Assembly: GCF_009914755.1 (NCBI RefSeq)
Contig: NC_060942.1
From: the human T2T-CHM13v2.0 reference genome, Homo sapiens
Length of the DNA: 64,000 nucleotides
Strand: one strand, 5' to 3'
The notes below the pieces were generated by a model. That model had not been told where the DNA came from, did no database searches, and saw only the letters and a program-made list of their open reading frames with translations. The translations under genes were made by a program, and so were the position numbers. Numbering within the stretch: position 1 is the first letter of the stretch; each line of letters begins with the position of its first letter. Positions 28,359 to 41,099 of the stretch are shown in pieces.

Positions 28359-30064
28359 GTATTAGTCAACTAAAGACAAATTTTTAAATGTAGAATTTCA
28401 AATACTGTGGGTGTTGTTTTAAAAGATTTAAAGTGCATTCAAATCATTCAAATGACTTTTTCCTAGAATTTCTCTAAGACATCATTTTCTTGTCTGACGT
28501 ATTATAAAGTTAAGGTGAATATTGTAGGTACATGAACTGAAACATTTCAGAGTGATCTTCCGACTCTTAATTAACCAGTTGTAGGAGAACATACTTCAGC
28601 AAAACTTTAGGTTTCTGGCTATATTTTCCCCTTCACAATGTTCTCTTATTAATGCAATACCAATGTGTGCATAGGCTGAAAACTTCAAATGTGTTGTATT
28701 GACTCCCTGGGCCAAGAAGTCTCTGCTGCTTGCTAACATCTTCAGCCCTATCATTGGTGTCATCGCCGGGCTCTGTAATCTTCCCAGGGACCTGCTGAGT
28801 GCATAGCTCACCCTAGGACCTTCATGAAAGCCTGGTTTCCAGTTCAAAAGTCAGGAGGCAGCAGGTTTGCACTTCTGCTGAGCTGCAGGGAAACATGCTG
28901 ATTGCTGCCAAGAAATAAAGGCAAATAAATCAGTCACAGAACTCTGCCGAGTGAGAGGAAATCTCATGAAAGGCAGATTACAAAGGCGAATGAGGAGTGA
29001 ATACATTCACTTAAGGCTGAACTCTTGAAGGAAGAAGTTGGTTTGGATTCTTTATTTGGAAAGAAGTAAACTCTGGATAGGCAGAGCAGGCAGCCACCTG
29101 CTCAGGGCCATCAGGAAGCCAGGCTGCCCACTGGCCACTCACCTACCCCACTCAGACCTCTCCTTCTACCTGGTCAGTGCCTCAGCTCCTCAAACTTTAG
29201 GTTAATACTAACTAGTTGAAAAAAGTTAAACCAGAGCTGCTACAGTCTAATGTCAATGTTTTCCTTGCTGGCTCTAGTGCAAGTTCTAGCTCCTGACCTT
29301 CTTCAGGTGGAAGAATCAGCATATTGCCTTTTGCCCTCCAAAGATGTTTCCTTCTCCAGTAATGTTTCATAGTAGATCCTGCAAAAATGACCAGGACCTT
29401 TTGTCTGAAATGGGGAAAGGATGTAACAAAGGACAAAGGAACACATTCTCCTATTGAGCAGGGAAGTGCTCTGAGGCGAGGCTGGTGGTATTTGGGGTTG
29501 CCCTGAAAGAGAATTGCTCGGCTGAGCTTAGGCTTTGATTGTCAAGATTAGCCCAAAAATGCTTGATGAAATTTCCGTGATGCTAAAGGTAGAGGATCAG
29601 TAGAATATGCTATATTCCAGGAAATAACTAGTCACGACTAAGCCTCCTCTGTGTATTATGCCCAAGAGTTTAAAAGCAGATTCATGTTCAAAATGGCTTT
29701 GTTATCACAGAAGAAAAATGGTGGTTAGACATGATATGGTATTTTTTCAAATGTAAGAGAGTAACAGATCTGGTAATAATATTTCTGAACACTTGTAAAA
29801 TTGCTGGGTCCCCAGATTTGTTGATAATTTTTGCCTCCTAAAATATTTTCTCATTAGGAAGTTGCTATAATTGGATTTACATGAGAAGGACCCCTGGGTA
29901 TATTCTTGGGACAGCAAAAAAGACAAGAGGGAGGAAGGAAGTATCACCCCTGTCATCTGAAATGAGCAGAAAGAAGCCCATATGGAATGAATGAGTGGTA
30001 GCAGCTACGTGAAATAGGGAATTAACTCCATAACAAATTACACTCATTGCCCTATCTTAGGCTT

Positions 30065-30215
30065 TTTTGTGCTAAGCATTTTTACTTTCACCTCATTTAA
30101 TCTTTAGAGTGATTTTGTTTTACACATGAGAAAACTATGGGTCAAAAAGCTTATGCATTATTCCTGGGTAGAAAGAGGTAGGATCAGGAAGTGAGCTCCG
30201 CCTTGGGACTTTTAA
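30065..30215 (-). mobile_element. MIR fragment
   Basis: GTGCTAAGCATTT...CTCATTTAATCTT...TTTACACATGAGAAAACT. Confidence 0.6.
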
Positions 30216-31665
30216 AGGGAGTAATGTACTGATGACAGTGGGCTCTGCAACAGAAAACCACCCCTGGGGTCTTGTCTCAGGAGATGGAATGTGGATTCCC
30301 TAATGAAGACTTCCCATAACAAGGTTTAGCTTTAAAAAGAACATCCACTTTATTTAATATGGGGGTATAATTCTTCAGTCTACAGGATTGGGTTGTCCTC
30401 TTCACTTTGCACACAGAGCAGAGGCACTGTGATTAGCTTGAACAAAGGTGGAGATTTGTGATTAACCCACAAAGAACCCTTAAGTAGCCAGAATTGACAT
30501 TCTTTGGAGGTTTTCCCTCTCTTGATTTTACTACCTGATGCCATCTACAGCTTGAACTGAGTTAAATTAGAACCACTTTTTCACTCAGTATAGTATTTGT
30601 TCATTTTTAATTGATTCTTACGCTTCAAGGGCTGGGTCCCAGATGCGTCCCTTACTGACTTTACTAGTTATTTCACTCAGGCAGTCCTTACATGGTCTTT
30701 GGGGACTGTGATTAGGCTGAGAAAAGCTGAATTAATTTACTTTTTATACAGATACACACTGATTGGGATGGAAGCAGAAAAACTTGAGAAATAAACCAAT
30801 GGGATAGGTCAAAGAATTTAATCTTAGATAATCTCTCCCAAACCAGCAGCCTGATTCTCTTTCCTCTGCTTGGTGGAGTATGATGCAAAAACTATGAATT
30901 CTGTTTTCAAAGGAACATTAAAGGCTAAGCAAATATCTGTAATATACACATAAATAAAATAAGCATAGTGCTTTGTTCTTTTGTGTTGGTCAGAAAATAC
31001 ACATATGCATACAAATGAGTATGCATACCATAGTTGTGTGCCATATTGAAAGTATAAGACTTCACTAATCCGTGTGTTCTCCTTGCATATAGAATGAAAG
31101 CAAAAATAAGTATCCCCTCATTCCTTCTAGCACCGTAATTATCCAGATGTCCATTCTACATCCTGATTCCTCAGAGACGTATTTGTTAGCCAGTTGTCAT
31201 AATTGAAAATATCTGCAAATGTATTTTATGTTACAATTCTAAAGAATAGTAACGGAAAGTGCTCCCCTTTTAAGTGAGCACCTGAGGTCTTAGCCATGCC
31301 GGAGTTAGTGATAGGAATCTCTCTTAATCACAAGAAAAGGAGAGCTGACTAGGAAATAGGGAATACTAACTCCAGTTCCCCCTCTTTCCCCAGCCAGATC
31401 CACAAACTCTAGCAGCCATTCATTTCTGTAGGTAAAGAAAGAGAAAATTAAAGTAAATAATCTCTTAGATCTCTTCCAAAAATGTCATTCTATCAATCCA
31501 TGTTTCCAAAATCAGACATTTCAAATACAGTGTTAGGACAGTAGAGGTGATAATTTTCACCAGCATCTCTCGAAAATAACCATTCATGGAAAGTTATAAA
31601 GCCTTTGTGGCATGTCTGCTTGCTGTATGGTATGTACTTCATCTAACAGTCAGATAGATAGATAG

Positions 31666-31964
<299 letters not shown>

Positions 31965-33747
31965 CAGTAGATAGATAGGAATTTAAATGCTAACTTTCTC
32001 CTACTACTTTCAATAAATGGATATATGGCTTTCAATATTCTAATCACAAACACCTAGCTGCCAAATAAAGCCAGGTGTCCAGTCAATGCAGATTAATCTG
32101 TGTGTTATATACAGATGTGTGTGTCTTCTCCCTCTGCATGAGCTCACTATGAGAAATTTATTTAACCTTTAGTTTCAAGTTTGATGAACCTGTGGTGAAA
32201 CTGTACTTTTCCTTTCCACAGAATGGTTTATAATAACAACAAAACAAGGGGAAATATTAGAATTGACAAAGATTAATTTCTTCTTACTCTCCCTGCTGAG
32301 AATCTAAAATGACAGTTGTCACTTTATAAAGCTGTGACTTCACTGCCATACAGAGGCAGCCCAGGTCATCAACTGTGCCTTTCGTGTTGAGCAGCTGAGC
32401 TGCAACAGAAGTTGAACATACACTGAAGAGCACAAATTAAGAGTTAGATATTGTTTGTCACCCAGCAGAGTTCAGACTGGGAAATTTTGAAACCAAAGCC
32501 AGGTTCCTATTTTATAGTCAAAACACTCTACATTTTATCTCTTTACTGATATATCCAGCAATTTCTCTGATGTGCCTCAAATCATCTCATCTTTTCTAAT
32601 GAGAGTGAGAAAGAATACTTTTACCTTTGTTTCCCTGATCCATGCTGTCTCTTAGTGCTAGCAATAGGGAAAAACTGCATAATCATTTTGGAATATCCTG
32701 AACCTATTTAAGACGCTTTAATAGTAAATATATATGGATGCTTTAAGCATACAACTTATTTAGCAAAGCAAGAAATAAAAAAAGTCATATCAGTTTCACA
32801 CATATGTTGGCATATACAATTCAGAGTAACGTTTCCTTTTCCTTCTAAAAACTGATATTTTGGGTGATGTATACACCTACAAAATGGTCCCTAGGTAGCC
32901 TGATGTTTTACAGAGAATAGTTTGTGACTTGTTTTCCAGCTGAGAACTTCAGGATATTTATATACAAACACCATGTATTACTGAAACCATGATTCCAATT
33001 CAGTAAAATAGCATGAGAAGTTGCTTTTCCCTATTTGATATCAAATCATTGTTCATAGGCCTTTTTACTTCAAACTGATTGTTTCAACTTCATAAATACA
33101 AAGAGATATGCTAAGAATTTTCCATGATTTAAAATGTTGGTCGTAGTTCAGAAAAGTGTTAGCCATTACTTGGATAAAGAAAAAATATAGAGCAATTATT
33201 ATATACAAAAATATTTTCATACAGAATGATGTAAGAAAACTATCTTTCTTGGGGTAATCTGTAATCTAATTCAAATGATCAGACCATTTGGAGTCAGTAT
33301 GAGGGTTTCAAATATATATAAAATATCAAAACTTAAGAAACTTCTCTAGTAATTATCTTAATATACATGCATAAATATATGACAGAACAAACAATGAATC
33401 TGACAATTTAACTTGGGGAATAGAAAGACTCCCTTTGAAAACAAAGACAAAATTCCACTAATTAGTAAAAGTAAGGAATAAGCATCCCGCAAATCATCCT
33501 GATGATACTTGCACTACATAGTAAAGAACCAGGAGAGAAAGTCCCACCTGGGATTTTTGAGATCCATGTCTCAAATGTGAAATATGCCAACCTTCCTTAG
33601 TTGTTTATTAGTATTATTACAACTGCAAAGGTGTTTAAATATGAAGATGCAAACTGAATTGGATGTCCAAAGTATTATAAATGAACATGAGATTTGCCAT
33701 CCCAGAAGAGAGGAATGATCTATACTGTTATTATCCTGAAGAAGAAG

Positions 33748-33837
33748 TCAATTTATATAGCAGTGACAGTACATCCAGCTCTGTACGGTGGGTGGGTGAT
33801 GCCTGTTTCGGTTCGTGGGCTTCCTGTCTAAATAAGA
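33748..33837 (-). other. Candidate terminal exon (coding part) of an unrecognised minus-strand transcript
   Basis: Strong acceptor TTTTTGTCTTTGCCCTCTTTTGCTTTCAG, three CpGs within about 30 bp, and AATAAA on the minus strand at 33604-33609. Confidence 0.4.
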
Positions 33838-34975
33838 CTGAAAGCAAAAGAGGGCAAAGACAAAAACTAAATTCATCATCAGAGATACAGAATTAGTCTC
33901 ATCCATTTCACTGATCCAGTTCTATATATCTTTTGTCCAAAGTTATTACCAAGAAATTCTTACAGAAAGAAGAGATACCATCTATTCTCTACCTCAATCC
34001 AAGATGTTCCCAGATTTAGCACTGTCTTCCTATATTTCCTAGGATCTCACCCCAATGACTGTGGCTCTTTTATTTCTTCCTTTTCTCGACTTCTTCTGTC
34101 ATCTAGCTCTGAAGATTATTTCCAAATGCCGATAATATTTATGAATGTCCAATATCTTTTGTAATAGGCAGATACTCCTTCTGGGCTTACAGTGACTGGG
34201 GAATAGAATGAGCAGCCATTCTTAAAAGAGAAAGAATGGCATAGCCAGGTGAAGTTATAAATTGTGTGATAAATAAGTGAATGAGTGACAGATGTTGCAG
34301 CCCCATCACTAGAAGATTTGGGAACTATTCTTCTTTACTCCTTTCCATAAAGTTTCTCTGTTTATTGTGAAATCTTTAAGCATATAGAGAAGGGAAATGA
34401 GAGCTCATCTCAGAGGACAGCACTGTATTCATTCAACAAATCCTTTCAATAAATATTTACTGGTCTCTGAGCTAGGCCTCTGAGGATGGCTAGGCATTTT
34501 ATCAATGGAGTTAAGTATATATGAGGGCTGTGTAGAATGAAGGATCAAAATGAACACAGGCATTAAGATGAGAAGGGACTTATTTGAAAGCAAAATGCTC
34601 AATCAATTTAATTAGAGAAAAAGGTTGATATCGGGCTCTGTCTAGGTCCTGTGCTGTCACGTGACCCTATAAATGTGATATATGTGTGCATACACATGCA
34701 TACACACTGTATCAGTAAACATGCTCTGGTTAAGAACAGTGATTGTCCTGGTAAATCATTTTTTTAAAGTTTACTCTCTTTGAACTGATAGGCAATTCAG
34801 TCTGTAAAAACTAGTTAGGATATAGAAAACAAAAGAAATAAAATGATAGAAATGAAGAGAAAGACAGATCTGGGAAAGTTCAGAAAAAGGAGAACGGGGA
34901 AGTACAGAAACAGAAAGGAGACACAATTCTCCAAACAGCCCTTATTGGAGAATCACCTTTTGCCACTGACTTTAC

Positions 34976-35072
34976 CTGGCCTTTTTTGTGGTCACTCAAG
35001 CTTGAGTTAAGTGATTCTTTCAGGGACAAAGGCCTTCTCTCTCCTTCCTCTTGTAAAGCAATTTCAATGTCT
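34976..35072 (-). other. Candidate internal exon (97 nt)
   Basis: About 55-nt AG-free, pyrimidine-rich stretch ending TTAG; donor CAG|GTAAAG; one open frame DIEIALQEEGERRPLSLKESLNSSLSDHKKGQ. Confidence 0.35.
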
Positions 35073-35931
35073 CTAACCCAGGTACACATACATGAAGAAA
35101 TACAATCACAAGGCAAAACGAAAAGAACCATGCTCCTGCTTTTTCTTTGAAAATATTTTTCCTACCAGTGAGTCAAGTTCACATTTTAGTGACATTGCCC
35201 CAAAAGCAGGTTAGGAAGCTGGGTCTTCACTGTCTCTACTTTTAGTCCTTCTTCCCAATGCACTCCTGTATTAATTCTGAGCCTGCAACCTGAATGCTTC
35301 CTCTGACACTAGAATTACCTGAGCATTCATCTAATGTAAAATCTCCTGCCGGAATGCACATGCACCATTTCTGGCACATACTGGATATTCAATAACGTTC
35401 AGTACATAGGTGGGATGGAAAGGAGATGACTCACCAACTACAGTTTCAGGGAGAGCCAAAGGTAGAGAGAAAAAGGTATGAGAAGAGGGCATTTATAACT
35501 AAGTCTGGTCAGAATTGGAGATCTGACAAAATTTATTTTTGCTCCTCCTGTTTTACTTTCCTAGCAACCCTTGTCCTCTCTGACTACAACTCATAGAACT
35601 TCTAGTGTCCTCAGGCTGCCTGCAACTGTGAGTAGCAAAACCAGCTTAAAGGAATAAATCTCAAATGTCTTGTGCGAAGAAGGTGTAAGTGTCTGTTTAT
35701 TGTTTATTTGTTTGACATGGGTAGGAGGAAGAATAGGCGGTAGCCTGCAGGCACATGGACTTCAGACTAAAAATCCAGGGTTATAATCCTTGTCCTATCA
35801 CATCCTAGTCATGTAACTGCTATGGCACTCAATTTCATCTTCTTACCCAATGTATTGGGTGTATTTTTATTAAATGGCCTAATGACTTCAAAGGACAAAC
35901 ACATCTGGCACAAAGTAGCTTATTAAAAATA

Positions 35932-36230
35932 CTCCGGGCGTGGTGGCTCATGCCTGTAATCCTAGCACTTTGGGAGGCCGAGGCGAGTAGATCACCTGAG
36001 GTCAGGAGTTCGAGACAAGCCTGGCCAACATGGTGAAACCCTGTCTCTACTAAAAATACAAAAAAATTAGCCGGACGTGGTGGCAGGCACCTGTATGCCT
36101 GTATTCCCAGCTACTCTGGAGGCTAAGGCAGGAGAATCTCTTGAACCCGGGAGGCGGAGGTTGCAGTGAGCTGAGATGGCCTGGGCAACAGAGTGAGACT
36201 CCGTCTCAAAAAACAAACAAACAAACAAAA
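35932..36230 (+). mobile_element. AluSx-like with (AAAC)n tail
   Basis: GATCACCTGAGGTCAGGAGTTCGAG; small internal duplication (CCTGTATGCCTGTA) and a right-arm deletion. Confidence 0.92.
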
Positions 36231-36682
36231 ACTTACAAAAGCAGCAATGGTCTACTCAGTAAATGTTAATTATCATTCCATGTTTTCCCTTCTCTCTTCT
36301 GCTTTTCTTTTCTTAATTTCTTTCTTCTTCCTTGTATATTTGTGGTTCCCATAGTGCTTAGCAAAATGTCTTCTACCATGAGTTTTCAGGAAATATTTAA
36401 ACTAAATTGAATGAATAAGGGAGTAAATGAACGAGTGGAGAATTAAATTAGTGCTTAATGTCTTATCTCCTCTTCCCCAACCACTTGGGAATCTGTACTC
36501 ATCTTTTGAAATATCACCAGTCTGACAACTTTCTTGTCTTTTTTAAAAATAAATTATTCTTTTTTGAAAGTAATGTATTGCTTTTAATTCTACATTTCGT
36601 TATATCACAGATGATAATACATTGCTCAATCCTCTATGATCTTTAAAAAAGTAAACAACTGATCCTGGTTCTGCTTTTTCAG

Positions 36683-36888
36683 AGACATGAAATATTACCA
36701 TTGAAGAACAACTAGGTTTTTAATCAAATAAGTTATTTGGTCATACAGATGGAAGGCCACTGAAAACCAGAAGACAAATGTGGGCAATAAGCATTTAAAC
36801 AAAACTAACTACATGATGACTACTGTCAATGGAATTCAGCAAGCTTTGATGGTTAATATTAATTCCAATAACATAGCCTTGTGAACAG
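36683..36888 (+). other. Candidate non-coding exon
   Basis: Branch-like CTGAT plus CCTGGTTCTGCTTTTTCAG acceptor; donor CAG|GTAAGA; stops in all three frames. Confidence 0.35.
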
Positions 36889-37574
36889 GTAAGAGGCCCA
36901 AAGACCTTGAATGTTGAAAGGAGCTATAGATCTTCAAAGTCAGACACATAAGACAAAAAAAAAAAGAATAAAAAATACTGATATGCAAGGAAGACCTGAA
37001 TAATGTAAAACCTTGGTTTGAAGTGGGGGAGGTAGAGGAAGAATTGCAATCATTCTATTTGTAAAACATCCATGGAAAGTATATTTTAGATTTATTTAAT
37101 AAGTAGTAGATTGCCAGCTCATTTTTTTTTTTTTTTAAGCCTGAGAGATCATCACAGTGCCAGATGTTAAGGACAAAGACAGAATAGGATCGTGGAAGGT
37201 TAAGATTATGAAAGACAAAACTCATTCAATCCTGCAGAAGTCTTTTAGGGGAGAATTTCCTAAGAATTCTAGGGTTTGGTGCAGAGTTTAAAATTCAGAA
37301 CTGAAGGGAATAATCATGTGGATGTTTTATCTCAAAGAGAAAGGCTAGTGGTACAAAACAGAGCATATTCATTAATGTCATTTCAAATCTTCTTGCTCAA
37401 TGTTTTGCTAACTAGTATTTCTAAAAGTGGGAAAATAAAGGCTACTTGAGCTTTGAAAGCATTATCAGGGCAATAATTGTAAACTAATGCATGTTTTCAT
37501 TATACTCATTTCCACTATCTCAGGAGAGTAAAGGGTATGTATTGTGCGGAATGAAATGGGATTCATAGATACTT

Positions 37575-37878
37575 TTTTGGTTGTTTGTTTTGTTTTAGAT
37601 GGAGTTTTGCTCTTGTCCCCCAACCTGGAGTACAGTGGCATGATCTTGGCTCACTGCAACCTCCGCCCCCCTGGGTCCAAGCGATTCTCCTGCCTCAGCC
37701 TCTTAAGTAGCTGGGATTATAGGCACACACCACCACGCCCAGCTAATTTTGTATTTTTAGTAGAGATGGGGTTTCACCATGTTGGCCAGGCTGGTCTCGA
37801 ACTCCTGACCTCAGGTAATCTGGCAATCTCAGCCTCCCAAAGTGCTGGGATTACAGGCGTGAGCTACTGCTCTTGGCC
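37575..37878 (-). mobile_element. AluS
   Basis: Reverse-complement dimeric Alu; TSD CATAGATAC. Confidence 0.92.
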
Positions 37879-37920
37879 CCATAGATACCTTCTGATGAAG
37901 ATTATTTTTCATTACGATAC

Positions 37921-38219
37921 TTTTTTTTTTTTTTTTGAGATGGAGTCTCCCTCTGTCCCCCAGGCCAGAATGCAGTGGCACGATCTCAGCTCACTGCAAA
38001 CTCCGTCTCCTGGGTTCATGCCATTCTCCTGCCTCAGCCTCCCGAGTAGCTAGGAACTACAGGCACCCACCACCACACCCAGCTAATTTTTTTGTATTTT
38101 TAGTAGAGACGGGGTTTCGCCATGTTAGCCAGGATGGTCTCGATCTCCTGACCTCATGATCCGTCCACCTCGGCCTCCCAAAGTGCTGGAATTACAGGCA
38201 TGAGCCACCGCGCCTGGCC
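37921..38219 (-). mobile_element. AluY-like
   Basis: GGGTTCATGCCATTCTCC and TTAGCCAGGATGGTCTCGATCTCCTGACCTCATGATC are reverse-complement AluY diagnostics. Confidence 0.9.
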
Positions 38220-38993
38220 TAAGATACATTTTTTTAAAGCAGCATGAGCATATTTTCCTTATGAATTTATAACTAGAATTGGTTTAAATTCCCAGAGAAT
38301 TTCTATTTTAACCTAGGAGGAAAGCAAATGCACACACATAAATACATATATCCACAGCTACATGTGCACCAGTCTTAAACTCAGTCAGCTTCACATACCC
38401 AAGAACAACTCCGTTGTTCTCATTAGAAATCCCTGGGACAATACTTCTAAGTATAGAGAATCTCCCAAAAAATATTTTGTGATGTAACGTTTTTCGAGAG
38501 CTCACCATATTCTCTTTTCCAGTTAAAGTTTGTAAAATTTAAATATAAATCTGGCTGAACAGATGCAATATTTCATATAATCTTTTATATGATATTTCAC
38601 ACAATACAAAATTTGAGCTTAGTTACCAATGTTATATGTGAAAAATGAGTGGCATAGGTGTTTTTTAAAGGATTTGTGAGTTGTTATGGGTGTTTTGTTT
38701 TGTTTTTGCTTGTTTTGTTTTTCTTTGGCCAGAGAAGCACTGACTACATTGGATTTACTTAGGCAGCTCAGTACTAAATATCTACTCATCCCTGATTAAA
38801 TAAGGTAGTAGGTCTTCACTTTCTCGGAAGCTTCTCTGTAAATTAGATTATATCTAGATGCAACATAAGAAGGGGAAACCCTAATGACCTCTCTCAAAAC
38901 CAGTTTGAGGCAACATTATTTGCACTTGGCCAGACCTATCACTTTGACACCAACTAGAGAGTGACCTGACCTGATAAAAAGAATGCAGCATGG

Positions 38994-39059
38994 CAGGACC
39001 TGTGACTCACTGGTCAACAGCCCTTACTCAGGACCTGTGACTCACTGGTCAACAGCCCT
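38994..39059. repeat. Perfect 31-bp direct duplication with 4-nt spacer
   Basis: CAGGACCTGTGACTCACTGGTCAACAGCCCT at 38994-39024 and 39029-39059. Confidence 0.97.
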
Positions 39060-40883
39060 GATTTAGCTTCATCATCAGCCTGCACCTTTTCTAGTCTGGA
39101 ATTGTGAACATTTATAATCCTAAACTACCTCTTTGAGAGCATATACTCCAGCAAATGTCTGTGTGTCAATGTCCCCTCATCAAGAGGAAATAAGAATGAT
39201 CTATGTTTTCTTCAAAAACTGGGAAAGATTAATGTCTAATTACCTGTCCATTTTTCTCATTTCTTTACCCCAAAACACATACCTTGACACCTTGTGGGAG
39301 TTCTCTTTCTTAGCTTCTAAGTTGGCTGCATTGATATCATTTGCAGTTGAGCAGAAATGGGAAAAATGTGTCTGTGTGGATGGGTCACCAAGGACATGGG
39401 GAATTCGGATTAATACAATAGCTACTTTAGGACTTTTCGGGATTCACAGTGGCCTATCAGAAATGCTTGAAAAAATCAGAGGACATAAAATCAGGAGTCC
39501 AGATATTGGCATGAAGATCCACAGAAATATAAGAGCTATTAATACCTAGAATGTTACAGACAGGGCTATGAGTATTATTCATTTGTAAAACTGAAACTGG
39601 GAAATTTTAAGAAAATTGCCAAAAGTTACATACCTATACATTTTCTCATTTACTATAAATCGATCAATAGATGACAGATAACACCAATGCCATTTACTGT
39701 AGAAACATCAAAGAAGAATTTTATATAAATCCTGTTTTTGAGATGCAAATATTAGATACAGCTCAAAGAAAGCTGCGAGAGAGTTCCATCCACCATACTG
39801 CAAAAGGAAGACAGTCTGTAGATAAAGTAGAAGACTTCAGAGAGAAAGGACACTGAAGCTGGCATTTTGCAGACACAAGGAGAAGAAATTTTAAAAAGGA
39901 GAAGGAAAGGGTGTTGCAGTTTATCTCCCTTTTAGATGCTTCATCTCTAAATATGCACAGGAGAATCTTGGTGAAAACACCTCCCATCAGGCAACTGCAT
40001 ATCTACATGCTCCATGTGACTGCTGTGGCCTATATACCAGCTGGCTATTGACCTGGCCAGAGGTTTCTCCATTCTGACCCAACCTCAGTTTTAGAAAGCC
40101 ATGTGCATCAGCTTCAGGATGGAATGTTCTCAGCCTGCCTGCCTCACCTCCCTGTGGCAGCCCAACTGCCTTGAATCTGGTAGTTCTTGCATTCTGGTCC
40201 AGCCCTTCTCCCCTCCCCTTACTCAGCAGTGGCACACCTTTCTCAATAAAAGACTCAGTTCAAGAAAACTTCTTGCCCCCGCCTGTGGAATGGAGAGATT
40301 TCTCTTACCCACCTACCAGTGACAACTTTCACTGCCTGTGCCCTGTGGACAAGTAGTTTCTCTGTCCCTCACCAAAGGGCCTACAGCTTTCACTTCATGG
40401 GAGAAAAGGGTCAGAAAGCTCACAGATGTCCTATGCCTGCCCCTCCCTGTGGTGCCATCAGCACTTGCACCATCAGTCAGTTTGCTCAGTCTCCAACTCT
40501 CCCCAAAGTTGCTCCTGAGCAACCAGTACAGGCCCCTAGGGAAGACTTTGCAAGTGAGTGAGTACAGATTTCCCTGTCAGACGCCCCCGGCAATTTCTTA
40601 CTTACTACCCACAATAGGCCTTTGGTGGTGAGGGGTTCTTTAATTTTTGGCATATTCTTATCTGTTTGTTTTGTGGCCTTGAGAAGCCTCTTTCTCCATG
40701 CTCTGCCATAGGCGAGAGAGATCACATGCCCTAGCTCTCCTTGGAGAAACTTCTTCCTCTTAGAATTTTAGGTTATTGGGTTGCATTGCCACCCCAATAT
40801 TCTGCTGGGCTAAAAAAAAAAAGTTGTGGTTTTGTTTTTTATCTGTTTTTTAGGCATTATGATGATTAATATAATGTGGATGT

Positions 40884-41098
40884 CACCTCCCAGGTTCAGG
40901 TGATTCTCTTGCCTCAGCCTCCCAAGTAGCTGGGATTATAGGCAGGCACCATCACAACTGGCTAATTTTTGTGTTTTTAGTAGATATGGGGTTTTACCAT
41001 GTTGGCCAGGCTAGTCTCGAACTCCTGACCTCAGGCAATCCACCTGCCTTGGCCTCCCAAAGTGCTGGGATTACAGGCATGAGCCACAATGTCTGGCC
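40884..41098 (-). mobile_element. AluS, 3'-truncated
   Basis: Left arm and part of right arm only; no poly-T tail. Confidence 0.88.
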
Positions 41099-41099
41099 A

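Noticed and set aside
37544-38159. 169-aa and 74-aa ORFs
   Set aside because: Typical antisense-Alu translations. The same applies to ORFs at 7465, 9068, 52334, 55048 and 56581.
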